Positions 29,957 through 39,346 of a DNA stretch of 64,000 nt are shown one piece after another. The stretch comes from an uncultured Dehalococcoidia bacterium (GTDB lineage: Bacteria > Chloroflexota > Dehalococcoidia > Lucifugimonadales > UBA3495), in assembly GCA_958296385.1 (NCBI GenBank), contig OY282494.1:539925-603924 (forward strand), given 5' to 3'. The stretch's first letter is position 1. Each line of letters starts with the position of its first letter. The position numbers and the translations under genes were made by a program. The notes beneath the pieces were generated by a model. That model did not search any database and was not told where the DNA came from. It saw only the letters and a program-made list of their open reading frames with translations.

Positions 29957-30856
29957 TTGTCCACTGAATCTTACTCCATTGAATCGCACGCCGACGACTG
30001 GGCCAGCCGGTTCGTCCAGGCCAACGGTATCCGGCATCATTATCTGGAATGGGGTGACCCGGATGGGGCGCCGCTGTTGATGCTGCACGCTACGGGTTTG
30101 TGCGCCTGGCCGTGGAAGCCGATTGCGCGGCAGCTGGCCCGGCGGTATCGGGTGCTGGCCTTTGACCAGCGGGGGCACGGGGACACGGACGCATCGGACA
30201 AGGGCTACCGCTTTGAGTATGCCGGCGAGGACTTGGCGGCGATTATTGAAACGATGGGGCTGGAGCGTCCGCGGGTGGTAGGTCATTCGTCGGGCGGGTT
30301 GGCGAGCATCATTGCGGCTACGCTGCTACCGGGGCGTTTGGGGCCGGTTGCGCTGGTGGAGACGCGGGTTAGCAACGACCCAGCTACTACGCCAACGCAG
30401 GACTTGAATCTGCGCGCGGAACGAACCCGGCTGAAACGGCCGGTTTGGGAATCGCGGGCGGAGATGTTTGCATCCTACCGGACGCGGGCGGCGTTCCGGG
30501 ATTGGGAGGATGAGCCCTTTGCGGAGTTCATCGCCGGCGGCACCCGGCTGCGGCCGGACGGCAAGGCGGAGCTGAAATGTCATCCCGAAACCGAGGCTAC
30601 TTTTTACGGTATGCGGGACGCGCTGCCGGTCGAGAACTACCTGCGGGATTTGCCCGGCCAATGGCTGCTGCTGCTGGCGGACTATCCGGGGTGCCAGCGG
30701 GCCGATGATACCGGAGTGCGACGGTTTGAGAGTCTGGTATCCGGGAGTACGGTCAAGCCGATGGGCAAGGGCAGCCACTTTCTGCCGATGGAATATCCCG
30801 GCGCAGTGCTGGATGCGGTGCAGGGCTGGTTTGACGCTGCCCCGGATGCGCCGTAA
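29957..30856 (+). CDS. Alpha/beta-fold hydrolase
   Basis: LMLHATG, DQRGHGDT, nucleophile elbow GHSSGG, C-terminal SHFLPME. Start codon uncertain. Confidence 0.9.
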   Translation: MSTESYSIESHADDWASRFVQANGIRHHYLEWGDPDGAPLLMLHATGLCAWPWKPIARQLARRYRVLAFDQRGHGDTDASDKGYRFEYAGEDLAAIIETMGLERPRVVGHSSGGLASIIAATLLPGRLGPVALVETRVSNDPATTPTQDLNLRAERTRLKRPVWESRAEMFASYRTRAAFRDWEDEPFAEFIAGGTRLRPDGKAELKCHPETEATFYGMRDALPVENYLRDLPGQWLLLLADYPGCQRADDTGVRRFESLVSGSTVKPMGKGSHFLPMEYPGAVLDAVQGWFDAAPDAP

Positions 30857-30911
30857 TATCATCGCTAATCACTGAACTAATCCCCAATCGCTTTGCGCCG
30901 ACATTCATCTA

Positions 30912-30977
30912 AGATGGGTTCCGACTGAGATGGGTTCCAACTGAGATAGGTTCCGACCTGAGATAGGTTCCGACCGA
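30912..30977. repeat. Intergenic tandem repeat, 4 x 16-17 nt (AGATRGGTTCCRAC-TG)
   Basis: agatgggttccgactg / agatgggttccaactg / agataggttccgacctg / agataggttccgaccg read directly. Confidence 0.9.
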
Positions 30978-31136
30978 GCTACGTTCCGCTATGCACTGCC
31001 GTCGCTGTAAATCCAAAATGCAGGTTGAGGCGCACCGGGCGCACAAGCAGGAAAAGTGGCGCTGCGGCAAGTGCAATGCGGTGCGGATGAAACCGGCGTC
31101 TTACCAGCGCGGGGGGCGAAAGAATGGTTGAATCCA

Positions 31137-32387
31137 ATGGCTGAATCCGAGGATATGACTATCAGCGCAGCGCAGTCGGGCCCGCTGGCCGGGCTGAAGG
31201 TGCTTGACCTTTCCATCATTGTTGCCGGCGGCACGGCGTCATCGCTGATGGCGGACTTTGGCGCTGAGGTGGTCAAAATTGAGCGGCCCGGAGGGGGCGA
31301 TCCGCTGCGGAATTGGGGGCCGTTTTACAACGGGGTTTCCCTCTGGTGGAAAGTCCATTCGCGCAACAAGCAGTCGGTTACCCTGAACATGGGCGATGCG
31401 CGGGGGCAGGATTTGGTCAAGCGGCTGGCGGCGCAGGCGGACGTGCTTATTGAAGGGTTCCGGCCCGGAACTATGGAACGCTGGGGGTTGGGGCCGTCGG
31501 AGCTGCACGCTCCGGAGGTGAACCCCGGCCTGGTCATTCTGAGGTTCTCCGGGTTTGGGCAGACCGGGCCGTATAAAGACCGCCCCGGCTTTGGGACTAT
31601 CGCTGAGTGTATGAGCGGCTACATCGGGATGACCGGGTTTCCGGATACGCCGCCCAACCTGCCGCCGGTGCCGCTGGCGGATGAGATTGCCGGCGTCTTT
31701 GGGGCGATGGCCGGGATGATGGCGGTGTACCGGCGGGACGCGGACCGGCGCAACGGCGAATCCGGCCGGGGGCAGGTGGTAGATTTAAGCCTGTTTGAGC
31801 CGCTGTTCCGGCTGTGCATCCCGCACTTGACCATCTACGACCGGCTGGGCGAGATACGGGAGCGGGTGGGCAACGACTTTCCGGATGCCGCGCCGCGCAG
31901 CCTGTACCGCACCGGCGACGACCGCTGGCTGGGGCTGTCGGCAACGTCGCAGAACACCTGGGAGGGATTGGCCCGGGCGATGGGGTTTGAGGAGTTGCTG
32001 GCCGACCCGCGTTTCGCGAACAACGCCGCCCGTCTGGAGAACAAGGACGCGCTCAACGACATTCTGCAAGGGTGGCTGGGCGCGCGTTCCACCGCCGCTA
32101 TTATGGATGACTTGATTCCGTCCGGGGGCGTCGTCGGGCCGGTGTACAACAGTGCGGACATCGTGGCCGATGCTCATTACCGGGAGCGGGGGGACATCGT
32201 GAACGTGAACGACCCGGAGTTGGGGGAAACCATTATGCTGGGCGTGGTTCCCAAGTTCAGCGATACTCCGGGCGAATTGCGTCATATGGGGCCGACGGTG
32301 GGGCAGCACAACGGCGACGTGTACGGCGGCTGGCTGGGCATCAGCGACGATGGGCTGGCGGAGCTGTCGGCCGACGGCGTGATTTAG
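31137..32387 (+). CDS. Family III CoA-transferase (CaiB/BaiF)
   Basis: GPLAGLKVLDLS, ADFGAEVVKIERP, RNKQSVTL, SGFGQTGPY. Confidence 0.93.
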   Translation: MAESEDMTISAAQSGPLAGLKVLDLSIIVAGGTASSLMADFGAEVVKIERPGGGDPLRNWGPFYNGVSLWWKVHSRNKQSVTLNMGDARGQDLVKRLAAQADVLIEGFRPGTMERWGLGPSELHAPEVNPGLVILRFSGFGQTGPYKDRPGFGTIAECMSGYIGMTGFPDTPPNLPPVPLADEIAGVFGAMAGMMAVYRRDADRRNGESGRGQVVDLSLFEPLFRLCIPHLTIYDRLGEIRERVGNDFPDAAPRSLYRTGDDRWLGLSATSQNTWEGLARAMGFEELLADPRFANNAARLENKDALNDILQGWLGARSTAAIMDDLIPSGGVVGPVYNSADIVADAHYRERGDIVNVNDPELGETIMLGVVPKFSDTPGELRHMGPTVGQHNGDVYGGWLGISDDGLAELSADGVI

Positions 32388-32436
32388 CCGCTGACTTCCT
32401 TAATAGAGCTGGAGAATTGAACGACTTGGAGATGCG

Positions 32437-33108
32437 ATGTTGCCGACGCTGCTGGTAGCTACGCGCAACCCCGGCAAGATGCGGGAGTACCGGGAACTGC
32501 TGGCGGGTTGTCCGGCGGAACTGGTGTCGCTGGACGACTTGGGCATAACGACGGACGTTGCGGAAACGGGGGATACGTTTCTCGCCAACGCACTGCTGAA
32601 AGCGTCGGCCTACGCCGGCGAATCGGGCTGCCTTACGCTGTCGGATGATTCCGGGCTGGAGGTGCACGCGCTGGGCGGGGCGCCCGGCGTTTATTCGGCG
32701 CGGTACGGCGGGGATGCGTGCGTATCCGATGCAGACCGCGTTGCGCTGCTGCTGCGGAACTTGCAGGGGGTGCCCTGGGTTAATCGGATGGCCCGGTTCC
32801 GGTGCTGTACTGCGATTGCCGCGCCGCCGGGGGTGGCGATTTCCGAGGAGGCGGCCGGGGCGCCTTATCCCGATGGTGGCGGCGGGCGCATCGCTACCGT
32901 CGTGGGTTCGATTGCCGGGGTGATACAATACGAGCCGCAGGGGGAACACGGCTTCGGTTATGATCCGGTGTTTTATCTGCCATCTTACGGCAAGACGATT
33001 GCCGAGCTGCCTTTGACCGCCAAGAATCGTATCAGCCACCGCGCAGATGCGGCGGGGCGGGCGCTGAGGCAGCTGAACCAATGGCTCGCGCAGCGGGCCG
33101 GGATATAG
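32437..33108 (+). CDS. rdgB: Non-canonical purine NTP pyrophosphatase (RdgB/Ham1)
   Basis: ATRNPGK, DDSGLEV, PGVYSARY, GFGYDPVF, KNRISHR. Confidence 0.95.
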   Translation: MLPTLLVATRNPGKMREYRELLAGCPAELVSLDDLGITTDVAETGDTFLANALLKASAYAGESGCLTLSDDSGLEVHALGGAPGVYSARYGGDACVSDADRVALLLRNLQGVPWVNRMARFRCCTAIAAPPGVAISEEAAGAPYPDGGGGRIATVVGSIAGVIQYEPQGEHGFGYDPVFYLPSYGKTIAELPLTAKNRISHRADAAGRALRQLNQWLAQRAGI

Positions 33109-33114
33109 CGCCTG

Positions 33115-34134
33115 ATGATTACAGACTTGCTGGGCCGCCCACTGCGGGATTTGCGGATTTCGGTTACCGACCGCTGCAATTTCCGCTGTCCTTACTGTAT
33201 GCCGGCCGAGATATTCGGCGAGGCGTACCAGTTTCTGCCCAAGGATGAGATTCTGACCTTTGAGGAAATTGCGCGGCTGTCGGGTTTGTTCGTCGGGCTG
33301 GGGGTGAACAAGCTGCGGATTACCGGGGGGGAGCCGCTGCTGCGGGCGGGCTTGCCGGATTTGGTGGGGCAGCTGGCGTCAATCCCCGGCGCCGATGATA
33401 TTACGCTGACTACCAACGGGTATCTGCTGGCCGGGCAGGCGCAGCAGCTGAAGGATGCCGGGCTTAACCGCATCACCGTAAGTCTGGACTCGCTGGATGA
33501 TGAGATATTCAAGGCGATGAACGGGCGGGGGTTTGGCACCCGGCGGGTGCTGGACGGCATCCGGCGGGCGGCGGACGTTGGGCTGGTTCCCATCAAGATT
33601 AACGCGGTGGTGCAGAAGGGAACGAACGACCATACGGTGGTGGAGCTGGCGCGTCATTTTAAGGGGACGGGCCACATCGTGCGGTTCATTGAGTATATGG
33701 ACGTGGGGAACCGCAACGGCTGGAAACTGGACGAGGTGATGTCGGCCGCCGAAATCGTGGCCCGGATTGACGCTGAGCTGCCGCTGGAACCGGCGGCGGC
33801 GAACTATGCGGGAGAGGTGGCCAACCGCTGGCGGTATCGCGACGGCAGCGGGGAGATTGGCGTAATCGCGTCGGTGACGCAGCCGTTTTGCGCGGACTGC
33901 ACGCGGGCGCGTCTGGCTACGGACGGCCGGCTGTACACCTGCCTGTTCGCCTCAAACGGGGTGGACTTGCGGGGGCCGATGCGGGACGGCGCGGACGACG
34001 ACGAACTGGCGGGCATCATCACCGGGATTTGGAACCGGCGGCGGGATCGCTATTCGGAGGAACGGTCGGAGATGACGGAAACCGGCGCCGGGATGTCCGG
34101 GCGCAAGGTTGAGATGTATCACATCGGGGGATAG
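33115..34134 (+). CDS. moaA: GTP 3',8-cyclase
   Basis: [28 protein letters not shown], terminal IGG. Confidence 0.97.
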   Translation: MITDLLGRPLRDLRISVTDRCNFRCPYCMPAEIFGEAYQFLPKDEILTFEEIARLSGLFVGLGVNKLRITGGEPLLRAGLPDLVGQLASIPGADDITLTTNGYLLAGQAQQLKDAGLNRITVSLDSLDDEIFKAMNGRGFGTRRVLDGIRRAADVGLVPIKINAVVQKGTNDHTVVELARHFKGTGHIVRFIEYMDVGNRNGWKLDEVMSAAEIVARIDAELPLEPAAANYAGEVANRWRYRDGSGEIGVIASVTQPFCADCTRARLATDGRLYTCLFASNGVDLRGPMRDGADDDELAGIITGIWNRRRDRYSEERSEMTETGAGMSGRKVEMYHIGG

Positions 34135-34141
34135 ACGCGTT

Positions 34142-34651
34142 ATGTCTATGGAGAATCAGGTCAAGCCGGCCGACCGGCTGACGCATCTGGCGGAGGACGG
34201 GAGCGCCCGGATGGTGGACGTGGGGTGGAAGCCGGTAACGGAACGCTTTGCGCAGGCGTGCGGGGACGTGGTGATGCAGCCGGAAACGCTGGCGCTCATC
34301 CGGGACGGGCTGATGAAAAAGGGGGACGTGCTGACGATTGCGCAGCTGGCGGGCATTATGGGGGCCAAGCGCACCGCCGAGCTAATTCCGCTGTGCCACC
34401 CGCTGCCGCTGAACAAAGTGGACGTGGAGCTGGCGCTGGATGAGGAACATAGCCGGGTGCGGGTGGTGGCAACGGCGGCGACGTCGGGCAAAACCGGGGT
34501 GGAAATGGAGGCGCTAACCGCCGTGTCGGTGGCGGCGCTGACGGTTTATGATATGTGCAAGGCGGTGGACCGGGCGGTGCGCATCGACGGCGTGCGGCTG
34601 CTGCGCAAAACCGGCGGGCAGTCGGGGGATATTGACCTTAGTGACGGCTAA
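34142..34651 (+). CDS. moaC: Cyclic pyranopterin monophosphate synthase
   Basis: [31 protein letters not shown]. Confidence 0.97.
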   Translation: MSMENQVKPADRLTHLAEDGSARMVDVGWKPVTERFAQACGDVVMQPETLALIRDGLMKKGDVLTIAQLAGIMGAKRTAELIPLCHPLPLNKVDVELALDEEHSRVRVVATAATSGKTGVEMEALTAVSVAALTVYDMCKAVDRAVRIDGVRLLRKTGGQSGDIDLSDG

Positions 34652-35034
34652 GGGGTGCGGCTCTGCCGGCGCGCCTCGGGGGCGAGGGCGCGGATGGCGG
34701 CCATCAGGTAAAGCAGACGCTCCTCGGGTTCAAGCTCTAGCGGCTTGAATTCCTCGACTTGGTCCACTTCCAGGACGCCTACAATTCCCGGAATCGCGGT
34801 TACGTCAAGGGCGGCGATGGCGCCGTCGGGGGTTACTACTACGCAGCCCCGGTCGGGCAGTCCGGCCAGGGCTGGTTCCAGTTCAACGGCCTGGATGGTG
34901 GACATACCGAGGAATGATGGGAACGGGTCGAGCTGGCGGCAGAGGGCGTCGAGGATGGCCTGTATGCGATCGCCGGCGTCGGTCAGGGCGGCCTGGGCCT
35001 GGAGTTCAGGGTCTGGGGGGGATGCTGAGGGCAT
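34648..35034 (-). CDS. Hypothetical protein (~128 aa)
   Basis: Protein-like ORF ([20 protein letters not shown]...[11 protein letters not shown]). ATG 35034 chosen because the longer ORF overlaps the tRNA. Confidence 0.7.
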   Translation of the reverse strand: MPSASPPDPELQAQAALTDAGDRIQAILDALCRQLDPFPSFLGMSTIQAVELEPALAGLPDRGCVVVTPDGAIAALDVTAIPGIVGVLEVDQVEEFKPLELEPEERLLYLMAAIRALAPEARRQSRTP

Positions 35035-35148
35035 TTTACTTGTGGGCTGCGCTGGCGATTTTGGGGGTTGTAATTGACAATTTGGCGGGGCGGGATTTAC
35101 CATTGTGATTGTGTGCAACGCTGACGGCTGGTCGGCGACACGCCGGTT

Positions 35149-35223
35149 GGCGACGTAGCTCAGAGGCAGAGCGGGCGCTTCATAAGCGCTAGGTCGTTGG
35201 TTCGAATCCATCCGTCGCCACCA
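35149..35223 (+). tRNA. tRNA with CAT anticodon, probably elongator tRNA-Met
   Basis: GGCGACG/CGTCGCC acceptor stem, TAGCTCAG D arm, GGCGC-TTCATAA-GCGCT anticodon arm, GGTTCGAATCC T arm, encoded CCA. Confidence 0.96.
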
Positions 35224-35279
35224 TACAGGCAAGGCAAGCCATGCCACATCAGTTCCGCGCAGGATATGGATATGAACGG

Positions 35280-35306
35280 GGCCGGGTCGTTATGACCCGG
35301 CCTTTT
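35280..35306 (+). terminator. Rho-independent terminator after the tRNA
   Basis: GGCCGGGTC-GTTAT-GACCCGGCC-TTTT. Confidence 0.8.
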
Positions 35307-35341
35307 GCTGCGCTGGTTGGCGAGGTGTGATCTGCGTGGGG

Positions 35342-36253
35342 TTATTCCTCGCGTTCCTCTAAATCGCCGCCCAGCTCGCTGAGGAACTGCTCGATTTCGG
35401 GGGACAGGGATACGGGGTCGCCGGCGGGTTCGGTTTCGGCGGATGCGGGTGTTTCGGCTTCGTTGGAGTCGTAGTAGGCTTCCATCTGCTGGATTAGGCC
35501 CTGCAACTCGGAGTTGCGCTCGACGGCGGAGTTCAGCTCGCGGTATTGGCGCTGGCCGCGGCGCACGGGGGCCAGGTCGGCCGGGATGTCGCCGTACACG
35601 GAGGACAGGGCTTCCAACATCCGGGCGGTGCCGTTGAAGTCCTCATCGAGCTGGACGTATTGGGGCAGATGCACCATGAAGTTGATGGATTCCACGCCCA
35701 GGCGGTCGATGCCGTCGGAAACGAGGTTCATTATGGTGGTGGGGCCCTGGTAGGTGCTGCGGCGGAGCCTGAGGTTGGGGACGGGGCGAATTTGGGGGAC
35801 GCTGCCGAGGGAGCCGGTGACCAGCAGGGGGCGGGTGTGGGGAACGGCGTCGTACATTGCCCCGACGCGGCAGTAGCGCTTGACGTCGAAGGTTTCAACG
35901 ACCTTGAGGATGGAGTCGGTGTATTCCTCACTGTTGGCGTGAGGTTCGCGGAGGTGGAAGAAGAGGAAGTCGGGGCCGTTCTCGGTTTGGGCGTAGCGGA
36001 TAACGCTGTTGGGGATGCGGACGCGCCGCTCGTTATCCACCAGCCTCATGCTGGGGCGGTAGCGGGTGAAGTCGAAAAACTCGCCGGGCCGGTGCAACCG
36101 TCCCAGCTCGGTAGAGCCGAGAAAGCGTTCCAGCCGGGTCAGGGTTAGCGTGCCCACGCTGCCCACGTCCACCCAGGGGCGGATCATGGCGAACACGTGG
36201 GGTTCACGGAGTTGGGGCAACGGTTCTTGCAGTTCAAATGCGCCGATTCTCAT
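35342..36253 (-). CDS. PAC2 family (proteasome assembly chaperone-like) protein
   Basis: WVDVG, FFDFTRYRP, GAMYDAVPHTRP, YQGPT, HLPQY, acidic EIEQFL tail. Confidence 0.85.
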   Translation of the reverse strand: MRIGAFELQEPLPQLREPHVFAMIRPWVDVGSVGTLTLTRLERFLGSTELGRLHRPGEFFDFTRYRPSMRLVDNERRVRIPNSVIRYAQTENGPDFLFFHLREPHANSEEYTDSILKVVETFDVKRYCRVGAMYDAVPHTRPLLVTGSLGSVPQIRPVPNLRLRRSTYQGPTTIMNLVSDGIDRLGVESINFMVHLPQYVQLDEDFNGTARMLEALSSVYGDIPADLAPVRRGQRQYRELNSAVERNSELQGLIQQMEAYYDSNEAETPASAETEPAGDPVSLSPEIEQFLSELGGDLEEREE

Positions 36254-36315
36254 AGTAGAACCATATTGCCAGACCTGAGGCGATAATTCAAGAAGTGAGC
36301 GGGCGAGGTTGTTGG

Positions 36316-36719
36316 TATCGGGCGGGTGTCGTATCGGGCGTTTATCGGGCGGTGGGTTCGGTTTGATTTGGTGGTGGTTATCGCCGGAGATTCAAGTCGG
36401 TGTCAGCCCTTACGGCCGGAAGGTTTTTACGCAACTATTACGGACCTTCATTTTACGTGTCCTGCCCTTTGGGGGAGCAGCACGCGGGCTGAAGCTCGAT
36501 ACCCTGCGGAGTACCGCCCACGCCGTGGATGCGTCGATGGGTCGGCCTGGCCGATTGCGGTTTGGATGCTGACGGGGGTGGCCGTGGTGACTGGAATCTC
36601 CGGCGACGGTTGGTTGATGCGGTGTTGGATCTGGGTGATGTGTGTGGCCCCGGTTCCTCAGGGGGCGCTCTCGGTGGAGAACGGCTGAGGCGGGGATTGG
36701 TTGGTTGAGATGCCCGATG
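36316..36719 (-). ncRNA. Multicopy structured element, candidate ncRNA, copy 3
   Basis: Close reverse-complement homologue of copy 1; stem substitutions give G-U wobbles only on this strand. Confidence 0.65.
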
Positions 36720-36724
36720 TGGTT

Positions 36725-36753
36725 ATTATGGCGAACGGACGCGCGGGTGGCAA
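36725..36753 (-). promoter_or_regulatory. Sigma70-type promoter of repeat/ncRNA copy 3
   Basis: TTGCCA-N17-CATAAT on the minus strand. Confidence 0.7.
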
Positions 36754-36782
36754 GGGGTGTGTGTCACTGATTTTCAGCTTTT

Positions 36783-36809
36783 GTCATTATGAGCGCAGCG
36801 GAGAATGAC
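36783..36809. repeat. REP-like palindromic repeat (GTCATT..GAGCGCAGCG..GAATGAC family)
   Basis: Related copies at 6212-6238, 38425-38480 and 57625-57650. Confidence 0.7.
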
Positions 36810-36862
36810 AGTAGGGGATGCTGGATGATAGACAGTAAGAGGGGGTTCCGGCGGGTTCCGGT

Positions 36863-38341
36863 TTAGTCGTCGGCGGGGGTTGGTTCTGCGATGGCGGCGG
36901 GGGTTTTTTTGCCCCAGGTTCTGGTTATTGATATTGCTACTCCGATGGTTAGGAAGGCGCCCATTAGCAGGAAGGCCCAGCGGAGGCCGGCGATGAAGGC
37001 GGTAGAGACCTGGGGGTTGACGGCGTCCAGTTTGGGTTCTACTCCGTAGGTGGCCATGGTGGTTACTATTACCACGGTGGCTACGGCTACGCTTACTACG
37101 TTGGCGGAGTTGCGGACTAGCTGGGTTAGCGCGGAGACGACTCCGTAGCGGCTGCGGTCGACGACGCTGATGATGCTGCTGCTGTTGGGGGAGTTGAACA
37201 GGGCGGTGCCGCAGCTTTGCAGCATCAGCGTGCCGATTATCAGCTCGTAGGACGATTTCTCGTCGAGGGCAAAGGCCAGTATGAAGGCGCTGATGGCAGT
37301 CAGGGTCAATCCGCCGATGGTGAAAGCCTGCCAGCCAAAGCGGTCGGACAGCCGGCCGCTGAACGGGCCAATCAGCACCATGCACAAGGCGGGGGGGATC
37401 ATCATCAATCCTACTTCCAACGGGGTATGGGACAGCACGCGTTGCAGGTAGAAGGGCATGATGAATCGGGAGGCGGAGGTGCCGAAGAAGGACAGCCATC
37501 CGGCGGCGACGCCCAGGCCGAAGATGCGGTTGGTGAAGAGGCGCAGTTCCAGCATCGGGGAGCGGAACCGCAGTTCCCACCAGATGAACGCCACCATTGC
37601 GACGACGACCAGGCCGGCGCCGACGATTACCAGCGTAGAAGTCCAGCCGAATCCGTTGCCGTTGCCGACGACCAGCAGCAGCACCAGCAGGATGACGCCG
37701 GACAGGGCGGCGCCAACCCAATCAAAGGAGGAGTTGGAGTCGCTGCGATGGGCGGCGGCAGTGGGGCCACGCTCCAGGACGAGCAGGGAAACCAGCAGGA
37801 CGAGGCCGCCGGTGGGGACGTTGACGAAGAAGACCCACTGCCAGCCGAGGTAGGCGACGAGGAATCCGCCCAGGGCGGGGCCGGCGATGGCGCCGAGTCC
37901 GACGACGCTGAGGTGCATCCCCAGGGCTTTGCCGCGCTCGGTATCGGGGAAGGCGGCGATGAACATACCCATGCCGCAGCCCTGCACCATGCCGGAACCG
38001 ATGCCCTGCAAGATGCGGAAGAGGATGAGCCAGCCCAACGTGGGGGCGAAGGTGGAGCCGAGGGAGCCGGCAACGAAAATGGCGGTGCCGAGGACGTACA
38101 CGCGACGGCGTCCGATGACGTCGCCCAGGCGGCCCATGGGCAGCAGCAGCACGCTGATGGTGAGGGCGTAAGCGACAACGACCCACTGGACGGACTCCAG
38201 GTTGGCGTCGAAGTGGGCCTCGATGCCCGGCAGGGCAATGAGCACGCTGCCGTGGTCGACGACGGAGAAGAAGGTGCCGGTGGCGATGGTCCAGAAGACC
38301 CACCACTTATAGCCCCGGCTGGCTGTAATGCGTTGGAGCAA
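36863..38341 (-). CDS. MFS drug:H+ antiporter, DHA2 (EmrB/QacA) family
   Basis: WVVVAYAL, GRLGDVIGRRRV, GPALGGFL, WQWVFFVNVP; about 14 hydrophobic segments. Confidence 0.92.
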   Translation of the reverse strand: MLQRITASRGYKWWVFWTIATGTFFSVVDHGSVLIALPGIEAHFDANLESVQWVVVAYALTISVLLLPMGRLGDVIGRRRVYVLGTAIFVAGSLGSTFAPTLGWLILFRILQGIGSGMVQGCGMGMFIAAFPDTERGKALGMHLSVVGLGAIAGPALGGFLVAYLGWQWVFFVNVPTGGLVLLVSLLVLERGPTAAAHRSDSNSSFDWVGAALSGVILLVLLLVVGNGNGFGWTSTLVIVGAGLVVVAMVAFIWWELRFRSPMLELRLFTNRIFGLGVAAGWLSFFGTSASRFIMPFYLQRVLSHTPLEVGLMMIPPALCMVLIGPFSGRLSDRFGWQAFTIGGLTLTAISAFILAFALDEKSSYELIIGTLMLQSCGTALFNSPNSSSIISVVDRSRYGVVSALTQLVRNSANVVSVAVATVVIVTTMATYGVEPKLDAVNPQVSTAFIAGLRWAFLLMGAFLTIGVAISITRTWGKKTPAAIAEPTPADD

Positions 38342-38424
38342 GTTGAATCACGTCCCGATTGGACTATCATACTCCGTTAACGGGGCCAGGCAAAATTGGG
38401 GGTGGGAGGGGGTTAGCGTGTTTC

Positions 38425-38480
38425 GTCATTCTGAGCGCAGCGGTGTTGTTCCATAAAGGGTGGGCTACGCTCAGAATGAC
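38425..38480. repeat. REP-like palindromic repeat, long form
   Basis: GTCATTCTGAGCGCAGC...GCTACGCTCAGAATGAC inverted arms. Confidence 0.75.
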
Positions 38481-38533
38481 ATGGACCGGAATTGCGTTTT
38501 GCAAGCCGTCTCATTATATACGGGTGTGGCCAA

Positions 38534-39148
38534 ATTGCCTTTGTGCCGCCCCTTTTTGGGGGCGGTTATGTGATGGCGCTGGTCGCCGTGCGCGTGGTCG
38601 GGGCCTAGCTTCAATTGTGCCGCCCCCGTTCGGGAACGGTTATCCGTGCGGTATTCGTTATACCGTTTCAGGGCGCCGTGGCTTCAATTGTGCCGCCCCC
38701 GTTGAGGAGCGGTTATATGCAGGTCATACCGCCCGCCATCCTTGTTAGCCTCGCTTCAATTGTGCCGCCCCCGTTGGGGAGCGGTTATGTCGTTGCGGCG
38801 TCGTCGTTGAATACGGGTATCCACCTTCAATTGTGCCGCCCCCGTTGGGGAGCGGTTATTGGGGTGCCGGTGGCAAAAACGACGGCCTCCTTACTCCTTC
38901 AATTGTGCCGCCCCCGTTGGGGAGCGGTTATTACGATGTACCGCTCGCGGATGGGGCGGTCGGTCTCCCTTCAATTGTGCCGCCCCCGTTGGGGAGCGGT
39001 TATATCCGACGGCGGCGGCCATCAAAACGCAATATGAAAGCCTTCAATTGTGCCGCCCCCGTTGGGGAGCGGTTATCATCTACGATGACCTACAGCAATT
39101 CTTTCTGGTGTCACTTCAATTGTGCCGCCCCCGTTGGGGAGCGGTTAT
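38534..39148 (-). CRISPR. CRISPR array, 9 repeats / 8 spacers (35-38 nt), type I-G-like repeat
   Basis: Plus-strand repeat (G/C/A)CTTCAATTGTGCCGCCCCCGTTGGGGAGCGGTTAT at 38534 (degenerate), 38608, 38681, 38753, 38824, 38896, 38968, 39041 and 39113. Mismatches accumulate at the left end, so the leader is on the right and the repeat ends ATTGAAG(C/G). Confidence 0.98.
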
Positions 39149-39346
39149 CGCTATCGGACTAGCGAATGCGCCGTAGTATGGCTGATTTGCGCTTTTTTGT
39201 GTGGTTTTGGCATTCGCTTTTCGTATTATGACATTTGGCGCCTCTTTAACGAATTGGCGTGCAATCGGCGCGCTTTGCGAAAGGTTTCTGTTGAGACGGT
39301 TCATTGCTAAGCCTCTCGCATCGTCCGGCGGCATTGCCTGGCGAGT
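39149..39346 (-). promoter_or_regulatory. CRISPR leader
   Basis: AT-richer non-coding gap between the array and the last cas gene, with extended -10-like TGtCATAAT near 39225-39233 on the minus strand. Confidence 0.7.

Noticed and set aside
30912-30977. Possible mini-CRISPR
   Set aside because: Units are directly adjacent with no unique spacers.
35149-35223. Initiator tRNA-fMet, or tRNA used as an integration site
   Set aside because: G1-C72 is paired and the anticodon stem lacks the GGG/CCC run. I saw no duplicated tRNA 3' end or integrase in the window. tRNA-Ile2 cannot be fully excluded.
38570-39112. Self-targeting spacers within the window
   Set aside because: No match noticed by eye; an exhaustive alignment was not possible.
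38359-39334. ORFs with repeated peptides (SIVPPPLGSG, FNCAAPVGERL)
   Set aside because: They are translations of CRISPR repeats.
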